A stretch of DNA of 63,860 nt, filler included, from Octopus bimaculoides (taxonomy: Eukaryota), in NCBI RefSeq assembly GCF_001194135.2. It is 5 parts of 5 records of this genome, joined end to end, with 100 filler letters (N's around TTAATTAATTAA, not from the genome) between each part and the next. Parts side by side here need not be neighbours in the genome. Positions count along the whole stretch, not along the records: positions 1 to 14,973 come from NC_068985.1; 4 more parts are not named here. One strand, given 5' to 3'. Shown piece by piece: positions 1 through 13,544 of the stretch; position 1 is the first letter of the stretch, and each line of letters begins with the position of its first letter. The notes under the pieces were generated by a model. The model did not search any database. It was not told the DNA's origin and saw only the letters and a program-made list of their open reading frames with translations. Position numbers and translations under genes: made by a program.

Positions 1-176
1 AAATATATATAACATACAGGAAATTGCACTACTGGGCACTGCACACATCCTACGTAAAACACTTTCAATACAGTAACCATAAGAGCACCACAGCAAACCA
101 CAGCACATACCCAAAGCGCACAGAGCTGCGCTCGGTAGTGAAGTGAAAGCACGTTATAAAAATAAAACTACTGAAC

Positions 177-177
<1 letters not shown>
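1..177 (+). mobile_element. 3' end of an RLE-type (R4/Dong-like) non-LTR retrotransposon
   Basis: Translates to ...NIQEIALLGTAHILRKTLSIQ*, the typical C-terminus of RLE elements. A short 3' UTR runs into (TAA)n. Near-identical to 5928-6180. Confidence 0.8.

Positions 178-236
<59 letters not shown>
178..236. repeat. (TAA)n microsatellite
   Basis: Pure AAT repeat between two RLE fragments. Confidence 0.98.
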
Positions 237-929
237 GATGAGATTGAAACTATAGACCACCTAATATCAGGATGTAGAGTCTTAGCACCTGTAGAATATA
301 AAGCAAGACATGGCAGAGTCGGCCAATATTTACACTAGGCAATATATCGGCATTATAAAATCAAAACCGCTGACAAATGGTATAAATACCATCCTGAAGT
401 TGTGACTGAGTGAAGAAATGTGTCGATTCTCTGGGACTTCTCCGTACATACCGACAAATCTATAAAAGCTAATAAACCGGATATTATTATAAAAGATCAG
501 ACAATAAAGATGTGATTATTAATTGACATGAGTATTTCCTGCGATCATAAAATAGCGACGAAAGAATTTGACAAAATCAGTAAATATAAAGACTTGCTAA
601 TAGGAACCGAAAAAATGTGGCATTTCAAGGCGACTACCGCACCAGTGATTGTAGGATCTCTATGGATGATAAAAAAAAAGGTACTGAAACCTTTTTGAAA
701 ATGACACCAGGCTTACCATCCCTACAAAGAATCGTGTTAACTGGAACGCCTCATGTACTTGAGAAGAGCATTATCGCTGTGAAAACAACATCTATTCATG
801 AATTTATTTATTATTTTTTTAAATACATATTTTACCTCTGAATTTGCGTATGTAAACTGGGAATGCATACAATGAGCTTCTCTGACCTAGGTGAAGAATG
901 GAAGAAAATTTGAAGAAAAAAACAACAAC

Positions 930-930
<1 letters not shown>
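237..930 (+). mobile_element. 5'-truncated, degenerate R4/Dong-like element (zinc knuckle plus restriction-like endonuclease)
   Basis: DEIETIDHLISGCRVLAPVEYKARH (CCHC knuckle end), then ILWDFSVHTDKSIKANKPDIIIKD...IDMS...KEFDKISKYKDL (PD-(D/E)xK RLE). Contains stops. Flanked by (TAA)n on both sides. Confidence 0.85.
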
Positions 931-1008
<78 letters not shown>

Positions 1009-1034
1009 TAATAATAATAATAATAATAATAATA

Positions 1035-1072
<38 letters not shown>

Positions 1073-1080
1073 CATTATCA

Positions 1081-1140
<60 letters not shown>
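931..1140. repeat. (TAA)n switching to (TTA)n microsatellite
   Basis: Repeat orientation flips at about 1035. Confidence 0.97.
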
Positions 1141-1141
<1 letters not shown>

Positions 1142-1142
1142 G

Positions 1143-1350
1143 TACGTGGTGAGGCAGTGGAATTGTTAGCACAGCGGGAAATGCATTGCTGAATTTATTC
1201 CGCCTTTATGCTTTGACTTAACATGCACCAATGTCAACTTTACCTTTCATCCTTCCTTGGTCGATAAAGTAAGTATCATTTGATCACTGCGGTCGATGTA
1301 TTCAACTGTGTCCCTTCCCCAAAGTTGCTGGCCTTGTGTCAAAATTTGAA
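1143..1350 (+). mobile_element. SINE family A, degenerate, with (TTA)n tail
   Basis: ...ctttacctttcatccttccttggtcgataaagtaagta...ggccttgtgtcaaaatttgaaa followed by (TTA)n. Homologous to 9945-10142, 10927-11100 and 13545-13712. Confidence 0.8.
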
Positions 1351-1439
1351 ATCTTTATTATTATTATCGTTGTTGATGTTGTTGCTGCTGCTGCTGTTGT
1401 TGTTGATGTTATTTTCTCATCGTCCACAGTATTATATGC

Positions 1440-2100
1440 TACTGCCTATACGGAAAAATTTCCATTTCCTAATCTTTTTTTACAATGTCGTTCATTACTG
1501 CAGTTTATCATTAGACATTAACATTATCTTACCATTTTTTAAAATTTCTTTTTCCGCAGCAAACAATATTTTAACTATATAACATTCCTGTTTTCTCTTT
1601 AATTATACTATTCGTTTTCTTTTTTGTTCTTTGTCTTTTCTTCCAATATCCATCAGTTTTGAATGAGATTTACTCGTTATCTTCATCGTATGTATCTCAT
1701 GTCCAATTCTCATGCTGTGTTTGTATACATATATTCCCTTTGGCCTTCATTTATTTGCATTTATCGAGAATTTTCTGCTTTCATTTTCTTCTGTTAATCT
1801 CAATTTTCCATGTTTTTTTTTTGTTATTGTAATTCTTGCTGCTGTTATTTGGAACAATGTCGTTTCCGGTCATGTTTTGCGTTGTGTGGAGTTTCTTTTT
1901 TAACAATAGGTCATCCAAACAAAAGTTATACGCTGAGAAGTTACAAAAATCACTTCTTATCTATTGGACATATTTATTGTTCATTTTGTATATAGTTGTA
2001 TTTTGTAATTGCTTTTGCAAACCTATTTGCTATTATTCTTTGAGTCTTGATACGTATTTAGCGCTAGTTTTATTCATGTTTTTTTCTAGCCTCTTTAAGG
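1440..2100 (-). mobile_element. Highly degenerate LINE remnant, possibly the endonuclease-RT linker
   Basis: A-rich minus strand with Lys/Glu-rich broken frames loosely resembling an RTE linker. No intact motif. Confidence 0.3.
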
Positions 2101-3446
2101 CAAACAAAAGAAATTAACAGTCTGAGTGAAATGATATCATCAACGTTGTTGTCCCTATTATCATTATGATCATCTAAATAACAATAATAATAATAGTAAT
2201 AGTGATAATAATAGTAATAGTGTTAGTATTACTAGTGGTGGTAGTAGCAGCAGTAGCAATGTAGTAATAAACCACACCGTGTGATCATTTATCGCCATCA
2301 TCATCAACAATCGTCATCTTAAACATAACCGCCGCAACACTACTATTATCACTGCATGTATATTATCACTAACGTTAGCATGCTTTCTTGCTATGATCTT
2401 TATCACCAGCAATGGCAATATTAGTTTTAAAGAGATCAGATACTGAAGTTTTGGGAACAACAACTACTTCAGCATTAGCGGCAGAATGATTGCAAAAAGA
2501 ATGACAATAGATATTTTCATATCTGATAATGTATTCTTTCTTTTGGTTATAAGAGCAAAACATAGGATTCGGTAACTATGTGTATGTTCTCAATTAATTG
2601 AATGATGTGAGTTCAATCATCATTCTGGTTATTATTCTCTTTATGTTGAGAACATTGAAACATAGATACAATAAGAATAAAACTTTGTTTAGAAAGCAAA
2701 ATATTCAGTTAAAGAACAAAGAAAAATGTACTCATGGAATAAGCTAATATATAGAATTGCATGTGGGATTTGCCAGATGTGCTAAAATTATTACCAGGCT
2801 GAAAATTGTGAATATTACAATAGATGAAGAGACTGAAATTATGGAAGTAGAACACATATTTAAGATTGTATGAAACTGCTGAGACACAATGTGGAATATG
2901 ACAGAAAATTTGGAAAAGTGTAATCATCTGAGAATGAGTGTATAGCCGGACTGATATTAAACATTAATCTAGAAATAAAACTGTCTATATTATAATATGA
3001 ACCGTGTTCCTTTGCTCATTCATCGATTCTTATTCGTCAAACTCCCAGATCAGCATAGTTCACAAATAATTTATTCCGGTGAGAATATGATATATATAAC
3101 AACCCCACCCTTCTCCGTGCTACTGAAACTAATCAGTTACTACAGTTTTCATGCATAAGGAGGTTTTGGTTAAGAAACACATCACTGAATTATTACATTA
3201 ATATTGGAGAAAATTTATCGTTAAAGATCTCTCTTGGCATTCATTGAATGTGACAGATATTAACATACAGGCACATATTTACAAATTTGTAAGGTTTTAC
3301 GTGGCTATTCAACCTGGTACAATTTGCAGCTAAATTTCTATCATCACGAAAGACATATCGTAATGATGTAAGCAAAAGCTTGATTATATAAAGTACAAGT
3401 ATTATGTATTTTAAATATATACATATTTAAAAACGATTATAATATC

Positions 3447-4010
3447 AGGCGTGTCTGTATAGTAAGAAGCATGCTTCCCAACAACATTCCGGGTCTAGTC
3501 CCACTGTGTGGCACCTTGGGGCAAATATCTTCTACTATAGTCTCGGGTCGACCAAGGCCTTTCGAGTGAATTTGGTTGACGGAAACTGAAAGAAGTCCGT
3601 CGTATATATATATATATATATNNNNNNNNNNNNNNNNNNNNNNNNNNNNNNNNNNNNNNNNNNNNNNNNNNNNNNNNNNNNNNNNNNNNNNNNNNNNNNN
3701 NNNNNNNNNNNNNNNNNNNNNNNNNNNNNNNNNNNNNNNNNNNNNNNNNNNNNNNNNNNNNTGTGTGTGTGTGTGTGTGTGTATCTGTGTGTGTGACTTT
3801 TGTCTGTGTTCGTCTTTCATCCCTGCTTGACAACCAATGTTGGCGTGTTAACATCCCCGTAACTTAGCGGTTCGGCCAAGTGACCGATAGAATAACTCCA
3901 GAACTTACAAGGATTGAGTTCTGGGGTCGATCTGTTCGACTAAATCCCTACAAGGCGGTGCTCCAGCATGGCCACAATCAAATGATTGAAACAAGTAAAA
4001 GAGTAACAAC
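3447..4010 (+). mobile_element. tRNA-derived SINE family B with internal (TA)/(TG) microsatellite
   Basis: 5' tRNA-like head (gtagtaag...ccgggtctagtccc), body gtggcaccttggggcaa...ggaaactgaaagaag, microsatellite/gap, and 3' half ending ggcggtgctccagcatggcc...gaaacaagtaaaagag. The 3' half recurs at 15770-16047 and 36500-36650. Confidence 0.85.
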
Positions 4011-4547
4011 AAATGGAATTTTTGCCATATATATCTACCAAAAGTATTTCTTTATTAGTGTTTGTTATTATAGTTCAAATGTTTAAAACTTATGATAATG
4101 CAATTATAAGAAAATAATCAATTTTAAAACTTTAGATCAGGTCAAATATGTTTGCGACTTAGCTGAACTTTTAAAGGCAGTTTCACTGTAGTTTACCGTT
4201 GAGAAATAAAAATTCTTGACAGCATAGAGTAGGTAGGGGAATTTTACACATTCTACTATATGCGAAAATATTTTCTCCATAGAAAATTGCTGTAAAATTA
4301 CCTTTAAAACATATTTGAACCGACCTAAATGTTGTTTAGGTTTTATCAGTGTTTAGCACTCTTAATACTATAAATCAATCTTCAGTCCATTGAATTACTT
4401 ATCAAAAAATTGTTTCTAAACAGTTTATGAAGTGGAAAAATAACAGAAATAAAACGTACAGTTGTAATGTGCAACTATAACATGTATGGGAAGTGAAGTT
4501 ATAGAACTTTTTAAGTACAGGCCTGCGCCATCATGCTGTATTTAATA

Positions 4548-4655
4548 CACGCAAACACGCGAGCACACACACACAAGCACACACACGCAAGCACACACAC
4601 GCAAGCACACACACGCAAGCACACACACGCAAGCGCACACACGCACACACACAAA
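4548..4655. repeat. CA-rich minisatellite (GCAAGCACACACAC-like unit)
   Basis: Tandem 12-14 bp CA-rich units. Confidence 0.9.
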
Positions 4656-5055
4656 ACGTATATATATTGCATATACATTATTTGATACATGTAATATATA
4701 GTTATTATATCCATGAATGTATTGATAACTGTTCTTGCGTGTCTGGATGCGTATAAGTTTAAATATAAGTATGGAAGCTAAATAACTGAGTTGGATACAA
4801 TGTCGGATTAAGTGTATTTGAGTAATCGGTTCAGGACACGTTATTCTGATTTCAAAGGATGTGGCGAGCAAATCTGCTTTAAATTTCTTGGTCTTCCAGT
4901 AATTCAATTTCAACTTATAACTATGTCAGCACAAGTAGTGTCAGTAAACAAATATTTTAAAATACGGATTGAAGCAGCGTTTTTTCTCATTTCTCTCACG
5001 CTAGCTTTGTACAAATTATGTGATAATAATATGAGATAAAGTGTCTACCGTGGCA

Positions 5056-5070
5056 TTAATAATAATAATG

Positions 5071-5154
<84 letters not shown>
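5056..5154. repeat. (TAA)n microsatellite running into a gap
   Basis: Pure AAT repeat. Confidence 0.98.
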
Positions 5155-5785
5155 NNNNNNNNNNNNNNNNNNNNNNNNNNNNNNNNNNNNNNNNNNNNNN
5201 NNNNNNNNNNNNNNNNNNNNNNNNNNNNNNNNNNNNNNNNNNNNNNNNNNNNNNNNNNNNNNNNNNNNNNNNNNNNNNNNNNNNNNNNNNNNNNNNNNNN
5301 NNNNNNNNNNNNNNNNNNNNNNNNNNNNNNNNNNNNNNNNNNNNNNNNNNNNNNNNNNNNNNNNNNNNNNNNNNNNNNNNNNNNNNNNNNNNNNNNNNNN
5401 NNNNNNNNNNNNNNNNNNNNNNNNNNNNNNNNNNNNNNNNNNNNNNNNNNNNNNNNNNNNNNNNNNNNNNNNNNNNNNNNNNNNNNNNNNNNNNNNNNNN
5501 NNNNNNNNNNNNNNNNNNNNNNNNNNNNNNNNNNNNNNNNNNNNNNNNNNNNNNNNNNNNNNNNNNNNNNNNNNNNNNNNNNNNNNNNNNNNNNNNNNNN
5601 NNNNNNNNNNNNNNNNNNNNNNNNNNNNNNNNNNNNNNNNNNNNNNNNNNNNNNNNNNNNNNNNNNNNNNNNNNNNNNNNNNNNNNNNNNNNNNNNNNNN
5701 NNNNNNNNNNNNNNNNNNNNNNNNNNNNNNNNNNNNNNNNNNNNNNNNNNNNNNNNNNNNNNNNNNNNNNNNNNNNNNNNNNNNA

Positions 5786-5925
5786 ATCCAAATATATGGT
5801 ACCCTAGGCATAACACCTACATGAACTTCTAACTTGTTGTCTCTTGAGGTCTCTGGGTGAGACTTGGATCCAACTTGTACAAATGCAAAACAAAAGTCAA
5901 ACATAAAATAATAATAATAATAATA
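5786..5925 (+). mobile_element. Putative 3' UTR of another TAA-targeting element
   Basis: Ends in aaacataaaa(taa)n like the neighbouring RLE 3' ends. No coding motif is visible because of the gap. Confidence 0.4.
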
Positions 5926-5927
5926 AC

Positions 5928-6180
5928 AAAAACACAAATACATAACAAAAACACCATGACTTACAAATATATATAACATACAGAAAATTGCACTACTGGG
6001 CACTGCACACATCCTACGCAAAACACTTTCAATACAGTAACCATAAGAGCATCACAGCAAACCACAGCACATACCCAAGGCACACAGAGCTTCGCTCGGT
6101 AGTGAANNNNNNNNNNGCACACAGAGCTTCGCTCGGTAGTGAAGTGAAAGCACGTTATAAAAATAAAACTACTGAACAAC
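5928..6180 (+). mobile_element. 3' end of an R4/Dong-like element, same family as 1-177
   Basis: KYITKTP*LTNIYNIQKIALLGTAHILRKTLSIQ* plus 3' UTR, followed by (TAA)n at 6180-6256. Confidence 0.85.
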
Positions 6181-6256
<76 letters not shown>

Positions 6257-6259
<3 letters not shown>

Positions 6260-7365
6260 GATACCAAGACCAGAAAATGTTGACAATACACGGAGCCTTC
6301 CACCCAAAAAGTTACCTTGATAGGCTATACTTGTCCAGAAGAAAGCGTGAGAGAGGTTTACTCAGTTGCCAGGACTGAATCGAATCAGACGAAAACAGCT
6401 TAGTGTGGTATATAAAAAATGCCGTAGCGAGCCACCGTTTAGACAGACGAAGGCCAGCGTCATCAAAATTGGAAATTGTGTAACGAAAGAAAAAAATTAA
6501 CCACGAAATGAACAAAAAAAAAAAATGGAATAAGTATGGAAGGAAAAGAAAATGCAAGATCAGTTTGCAAGAGGTGTGAACGCAAAAACGGATACAGAGG
6601 ACCGGTGGCTATAAATGAGGTGGAGTGACCTGAAGGTAAAGACAGAAGCACTCATAAGCGTAGCTCAGGAATAAGCATTATGGACCAACTAAATGAAGTG
6701 CAGAATTGGCAACACTACCAATATCTACAAATGCAGTATGTGTGGTGAGAGAGGTGAAACGGTATGGTACATCGTTAGTGAATGCCCGAAATTGGCACAA
6801 CGCAAATGCAAAAGACGCCATGTGGCAAGAATGATCCATTGGGAACTCTGAGAAAATCACGGCCTACAAAGAGCAAAGACGTGCTATGCTCACAATCCAG
6901 AAGGAGTCACCGAAAATGATAATTGCAAGATACTGTGGGATGCAATGATGCAGTGCGATCAGCCGACCTGACATCGGAAACCGGTGAATAAAAACAGAAA
7001 GAACATGAATGTTAATCAACACAGCATACCACAGTGACAACAGGGTCAATGTGAAAGAAGAAAAAATAAACAACAACTAGGACGATTTCAAGTGGGAAAT
7101 ACGAAGGTTGTGGTTAATGAAGAGAGTAGGCGTGATACCATTAGTAATTGGTGCACTTGGAAATATCAGCACTCAACTACCAAGATGGCTAAAAAGGACT
7201 GGTGCAAGTGTGAAGGTTGAACACTTACACAAATCATCATTGCTTGGAACTTCGCCCGGTTCTTGAAGCATGACCAGTAAACAAGTGTCACATTAGTCTG
7301 CTGGCTATGGATAGCTAACGCTTTCCATTATACTCAGCAAAGTAAAGTGTGAGCTTTCATATTAT
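6257..7365 (+). mobile_element. 5'-truncated R4/Dong-like element (RT thumb, CCHC, RLE)
   Basis: MDTKTRKMLTIHGAFHPKSYLDRLYLSRR..., then KCSMCGERGETVWYIVSECPKLAQ..., ILWDAMMQCD and ...PLVIGALG...KSSLLGT. Begins directly after (TAA)n. Confidence 0.85.
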
Positions 7366-7404
7366 GCGGTGACTTTTATGGTGTGTCCGATGTTTCAGGA
7401 TAGT

Positions 7405-9215
7405 GACCTCGTTACTGCTGCTTTTCGTTCTCTCCACAATGGAGACATCGGTCACATAGTCATTCCATTTGATGTTTATAATTGATCGGAGCTTGTTGGT
7501 GAAATCGTTCTAGGTTTTGACGTCACTTCGGTAAAGAGTCCAGCTTTCACAACCGTAGAGGAGAGTGGAGATCACGACTGCCTGGTAGATGCTAAATTTT
7601 GTTTGGTGTTTCAGATCAGTGTTCTGAAAGACCCTTTTCGCGAGTCCACCAAACACGATGTAAGTCGCTCTTAATCGGTACTCTACGTCATTTCTCGATG
7701 TGCACTTGTTCGAATGCACACTTCCTAACTATGAAAAGTGGTCAACTTTCGTTAATGGCGTCTCCGAGAAGGTAATGTTGAGGTCTGGAGTTTCCTGACC
7801 TAGAACGAGTTGTGCCAGGATTTTTGTCTTTTTGATGTTGACGTTTAGACCAAATCGAGTGTATGCATAGGTGAAGTTATTCACCTATTGTTGAAGCTGT
7901 TCACGAGAGTGGCAGACCACTGCGTTGTCATCAGCATACTGAATTTCAGTGATCTTTTGCTTCTTGCGATGTCAATCTGATAAAGTTGGAACGGCCCCGT
8001 CATATCGGTACCGAATGTTGACTCCTGATTGTCCGAAAGCAGCTCATGAAAGTTTGCTGCAAGGCACAGGGAGAAGAGCGTCGGGGCCAAAACGCATCCT
8101 TATTTTAATTCTTTCAGTGATGAGTAAGTCTTCAGACAATTGGTTTTGATGGAAGATGGTCCCAGTCATACCGCCATGTAATCCTTGTACTTGGGAAATT
8201 AACTGATTGGAGAAGTCGAAGCGTCGGAGGACCTTCTGCATTGCAGGCCTTGGGGCGGTAGCAAAGGCATTTTCGAGGTCGTAGAAAACAAAATAGAGGT
8301 TTTTATTGTTCTCTATTCTTTTCTTGTATTAGCCCAAAAGATCATGTCACTTGTTCCACTGTGTAGTTGAAATCTACATTGTGATTCGGGTAGGATTCCT
8401 TCGCAATGTCTTGGAGACGATCCAGAAGTAGCCTTTCAAAGATCTTCCCTGCGGTGGAGAGCAGTGAGATTTTACGATAGCTCCTACAAATCTTTCTATC
8501 TTCTTTTATGAATATGGTGATGATAACAGCATCTCTGTGGTCTTTGGCAACTTGGTGGTTCTTCCACATTTCGAGAATCAATGCGAACCGACTGGTGTTT
8601 AATAGTAGTCCACCATCTTTATAAGTTCCATTGGGATGTTGTCTGCGCCAGTGGACTTCTGCTGCTTTATGCGATTGAGGGCGATCTGGTACTCTTCATA
8701 GGATGGGGCGTGTTCATCCAGTGTCTAGTTGGATGCATGGATGCATGGGTACGTTCTTCAAGAAGGCTTTGCTGCGTTGAAGTCTTGGTTCAGAAAAATT
8801 TGATATCCAACGTTGAAGGATATCTTGTGGGTCGATCAGGATGGTGTTGGAGTCTAGTGATTGAATAGACCATATTGATGATCTCACGGGCCCCAAAAGT
8901 TACTTCGTTCCTACATAGAAGCGTTTGAGGTCACGGGCGTCAGCATAGCCTTGGAGTTCAACGGCTTTTGTCGCCACCAGTTGTTCTGCATCTTTCTCAG
9001 TTTTGCTTGGTATTGTCTTTTGAGGTCTTGATATCTCACCTTCTTGTGCTGTGATCTTGGATCTTGCATATGATAGAGAGGTGGGCGTACTGGTTTTGCA
9101 TCGATCGGCTGGCTGCATTCTTGATCATTGTCATCAAACCAGTCCTGCTGTTTCCTTTTGCAGTACACGAAGGTATTTTGCCACTGGATGTTTCGTTCAT
9201 CATCTTTAAACACTT
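7405..9215 (-). mobile_element. RTE-clade (BovB-like) LINE, 5'-truncated and degenerate
   Basis: ORF fragments KRVFQNTDLKHQTKFSIYQAVVISTLLYGCESWTLY, AVIITIFIKEDRKICRSYRKISLLSTAGKIF and LAPTLFSL. Same family as 47790-50605. Confidence 0.92.
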
Positions 9216-9219
9216 TTTA

Positions 9220-9425
9220 TTGAGGGACCTATTGAGCCTGCTCAGATTCCCCCAGAAGGTCATGCCCTGTTTATCATGAAACGAGATCATGTCGTTTACA
9301 TATGGTTGTGATACGTGAGACTGGTACATACTTATCAGACGGGTAATCATGACGGATATATTAGGCTTCGTATATTTATGCCCCAGCGTCACTTTAACGG
9401 CATGCGCTGCTCTGTAACTCGACAA
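9220..9425 (+). mobile_element. 3' fragment of interspersed repeat family C (SINE-like)
   Basis: Homologous to 10540-10785 (catatggttgtgat...cttatcagacgg...ggcttcgtatatt...ccccag...cacttt...ggcatgc.ctgctct). Confidence 0.75.
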
Positions 9426-9629
9426 TGATTATGATAATAATAGTTTCATATTTCGGATAAGGTCATCGGTAGTGTTATCATCATAGTAACTAACAAGTTT
9501 TGATTTAAAATGCAGGAATTTTAACTGCAAGACAGTCAGCACAACGCAACAGAACCTCCAGAAAAATAACTATGTATATTCATAGTTATCCTTGTAATTC
9601 TTCTTGTGTGAGTATTTCTATGTGAGAGA

Positions 9630-9750
<121 letters not shown>

Positions 9751-9944
9751 CTTATGTGTTCCAACATGTAGTCAACGCAATAGTAACTTTATAAAAGACG
9801 TTCACTGTAATGACAGTTTGTTGTTGAGCATATCAATGTGATCATTGTAATAGGCGTCTTCTGAAAGATGTATTTCATCTTGACTCAGTCTTACCGGGCA
9901 GCATAGCGACGAATGACGACTAGTAATAATGATATTAGTTACAT

Positions 9945-10142
9945 GTTTTAGCATAAGTCGAGCACTTTCGGGGAAATAGGTAAACCGATTACGTCGATCC
10001 CAGTGTTCAACTTGTATTCACTTTATTGACAGAGAAAGGATGGATGAAAGCCCCGGAGAAATTTGAAGTCCTGAGAATGTAGGGAACATGAAATGCCGCT
10101 AAGCATTTCGCCCGGTGTAAAAGAATCTGCCTACTAACCGCT
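9945..10142 (-). mobile_element. SINE family A
   Basis: Reverse complement matches 1143-1350 and 13545-13712. Confidence 0.75.
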
Positions 10143-10159
10143 TTTATAACAACAACAAC

Positions 10160-10226
<67 letters not shown>

Positions 10227-10239
10227 GGCTCTAATAGCA

Positions 10240-10785
10240 TCTGAACTTAACTGATTGGAAGTGTTACCATGTAAATTGTTTTGTCTTGGTATAAAAGATA
10301 GGCTATAGTAAATATTCTGCTCAATACTAGAGCTTTGTTTGTCAGTTGCTTGACCTTAACCAGTTGCGCATGTCCCTTAATGGCTGACGAAATGTGCATC
10401 TCTGATCACATGAAGGAGCATCATAGCAATTTGTTGAGAGGAATTCTTTGGAGTTTGGGTAAATCATCTTTGGTAAACTTGGATATTTTGTTCATCTTTA
10501 AACAAACCATATTCAGGGACCGGAATGGGCTACTCGACCTGAAGAAAATTCTAACTGGTACCCACCTGCAAGGTCATGTGCTGTTTATCTTGATATGAGA
10601 TCACTATGTCGTGCACATATGGTTGTGATGCATGTGCCTGGTGTACCCTTATCAGACGGATAGTCATGATNNNNNNNNNNGTGATGCATGTGCCTGGTGT
10701 ACCCTTATCAGACGGATAGTCATGATGGGTATAATGGGCTTCGTATATTTTACCCCAGTATCACTTTGATGGCATGCACTGCTCT
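10240..10785 (+). mobile_element. Interspersed repeat family C (SINE-like), following (TAA)n
   Basis: 3' part shared with 9220-9425. Non-coding. Confidence 0.65.
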
Positions 10786-10922
10786 CTCAGGAAATAGTGT
10801 TATTAGAGACAGCTAAGATACTTAGGAGGGTCCTTGTCACCTAAGGTTACCTGTGTAGTCCGCTGTTAGGAGTTTTTCTCTTCCAACAGTCTAATCTGTT
10901 GTGTTTATATGAAAATAATATT
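10786..10922 (+). mobile_element. Very short 3' end of an RLE element
   Basis: SQEIVLLETAKILRRVLVT* plus a short UTR ending gaaaataata. Confidence 0.7.
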
Positions 10923-10926
10923 GATA

Positions 10927-11100
10927 ATCCTTTCTACTAAAGGCACAAGGTCTGAACTCTGGTGGGAGGGAACTAGTCGTATTCATCCCCGCCCCAATAT
11001 TTCACTGGTACTTAGTTTGTTGATCCCGAAAGGTTGAAAGGCAGAGTCAACCTCAGCAGAATTTGAACTCAAAGCGTAAAGACGGATGAAATGCCGACAA
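10927..11100 (-). mobile_element. SINE family A
   Basis: aatcctttctacta.aggcacaagg...gatcccgaaagg.tgaaaggcagagtcaacctc is the reverse complement of the family A body. Confidence 0.8.
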
Positions 11101-11179
11101 AACAAGCAAAATAGATCAAGCAGAAAAAAAATTGGCAGACACAAATTGAGGAGAGGTGGAGCTAGAAGCCTCTGCATGG

Positions 11180-11800
11180 AGAGTGTGTACTTCGAAATCG
11201 AAATGCTGATGTAGATGAAGCAACAACCTATCAGTGGCTGAGAAGTTCAGTGTTGAAAGCAGAGACTGAAGGTTTCATATTGGCGGTACAAGATCAAAGC
11301 TTGCTCACAAAAAAAACTACCAGGTTAACATTCTTCAAAACAATTATGACCCTAGTTGCAGATTCTGTGACACATTTCACGAGACAATTGACCATTTCGT
11401 CTCGGGATGTCTTGTACTGACACCAAATGAATACAAATGTCTCCACGATAGGGAAGGCAGTGTTTACACTGCAAATATATATAAACACTACAAAATCAGC
11501 ACTCATGCTTATTGGTATAAACGTCATCCTGAGTCAGTTGTTGAAGGTATAAATATCACTATCCAGAAGAAACATGTCTCAGAGAAATCCAAAAGATTGT
11601 ACTGACAAGTACTGCCCACATCCTTAAAAAAACCATATCCATTTAAATGTCTCTCTTGTAGTACATGAAGATATTTCCCGACTTCCCTCTCCAAACTTTC
11701 AGTTATACTGTAAAATTTCTTATCTTTCATTCGTCCCAGGATACTGGGTGTGTCTCAGCAAGTGACTGTAACAAACATGCAGATTAAAAGTAAATAATGA
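11180..11800 (+). mobile_element. R4/Dong-like element, internally deleted
   Basis: TTYQWLRSSVLKAETEGFILAVQDQSL...SCRFCDTFHETIDHFVSGC...EIQKIVLTSTAHILKKTISI*. The RLE core is deleted. Confidence 0.85.
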
Positions 11801-11904
11801 TGATAAAAATAATAGTGAAAATATGATGATGATGATAATGATGATGATGATGATGAAGATGATGATGATGATGATGACGACGACGATGATGATCATGATC
11901 ATGA

Positions 11905-13130
11905 CTTCTTGATAAACTAATTGCTTACTATCATCTTGAGGGTGGTGCAGGATGACTCAATACACGATGAAGTTTTATACGAAGGTTGTAATTATTAAAA
12001 GAACGAAAACAAAGAATTAAACAAAATTCAAGCAAGAAACAACTTCACAAAAAAAGGGACTCTCTCGAAGACTGCACGTGAAATCTCAACAAGAAATGTG
12101 GCCGCCCTCTCCATTAGGGTAATTCCTCTTTCCTAATGTTTCCAATTCAATCTACAGTCGCGCACTCCGAGCTGGCACGTTTGCTCGAGTCATTCTTGCT
12201 ATATTATCCATTTTCCCGCATATTTGCTGCTTAACAGTACTTCTTGCTTCACCCTTACTTCCCTGTTCAAGTGGAGTTTAAAACAATTGATGCGACATTG
12301 GCCAAAGACAAAAGTGTCGACTTCAGCCCTTTCAGTCTGGCTCACAACACTTGTTCAGTGAAACGTGTGTGGTCCACAGAAAGCGGAAGAATAGGACTTG
12401 TAATCGGTTTAAATGTGAACTGCATGAAGGCGCGGCGGTCACGCTGTAACATATGGTGGAGTCTATGACAATGTTAGCCAATATCATTCTGTCGGCCTTT
12501 TTCTTGGTGAGACATAGAAATTACTCGTTACCTCTTTCTAGTTCCTCTCTTTTGCAGGTTCTGCACTCACTGAAAATGTGGTTGGATGCTCTTGATGCGG
12601 TTGCAGCTGTTTTCTTGGCGGTGAAGTTGTGGTGTTCGCTGTAGTAGAAGTTTAATTTCAGTTGCTATCTTTGTTGTTATCCTTGAGTTGGGTCTTGTCA
12701 CCATAGTCCTAGCATTACGGCCTTCTATTGTTCACAACTGTCTGCAGTAGCTGTCATCTTAGGATCCCTATTATGTCTGGGATTTTGTTAAGTCTCCAAC
12801 GTTTCACTTGAATCAGCTTCTCCAATTTCGTCCAACTCAATTCCGTTTCCGAAATCTTTTTATTTCGAGATGTTTTGGAATCTACTAAAACTACATCTTT
12901 CATCATACACCAGAAATCAAGGTCTAATGGTACATTTGTTATTTTTACTCGAGTCCTTTACCATCCAGATAAATCAGTACTAATGTGAAACCTACCTTTG
13001 GTTGTGGTGTGTATGTACGTGAGATTCTTAGTGAAATGTAACTTTGTTATAGCGGAACTTATGAACTAGGCTCACAAGACTGATGTCTATATTACTTAGT
13101 AGAACTCACCTCGGTCTGAAGGTACGCGCT
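11905..13130 (-). mobile_element. Tx1/L1-like LINE, internally deleted, 3' end abutting an (ATC)n tract
   Basis: Minus frames RTRVKITNVPLD (ORF1-like) and MILANIVIDSTICYSVTAAPSCSSHLNRLQVLFFRFLW (post-RT region typical of Tx1/L1). Adjacent (GAT)n at 11820-11905. Confidence 0.55.
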
Positions 13131-13544
13131 CCAAATTGTAGTTTTTTCTTTGACAGGCATGTATACAAAATTTTCTTTTCTTTTATTTGTTTTTTTACTA
13201 AGAGGAGTTGAAGTATATTACGCATAAATTTCCTCTCTTCCAGACGCTTATTTTTGCAACATTGTTTTAATATTCATGTTTGTTTTGTAATGGTTTCGCA
13301 CCAAACACATGAATTTGGCAAAAGAAATATTTTCGGGTCGATTGTTAATGCCGCTGTTAATATTGTAACCAATGTTGTCGCTATTATTATCCTTACTTGT
13401 GTGGTGGTTGACACAGGCGTTTGTTAGTTTTTATTATTTGGTTCATAGTCACAAGATGGTGATAGTGAAGGCATAGAGAAAACAAAGTATTTCAAATGGT
13501 TTTAAGCTATCTCATCAACGGCACATATATCTATTGATATAAGA

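Noticed and set aside
819-1172. Poly-N/Y/I ORFs and other ORFs across microsatellites or gaps (for example 5016-6021, 53550-53955, 63222-63857)
   Set aside because: Translations of (TAA)n, (TA)n or N runs.
2755-2867. Plus-strand AG...GT segment with one open frame (LHVGFARCAKIITRL...)
   Set aside because: Weak polypyrimidine tract, no recognisable protein and no partner exons.
6095-6140. Apparent tandem duplications flanking 10-N gaps (also 10625-10730)
   Set aside because: The same sequence on both sides of a 10-N gap indicates unmerged contig overlap.
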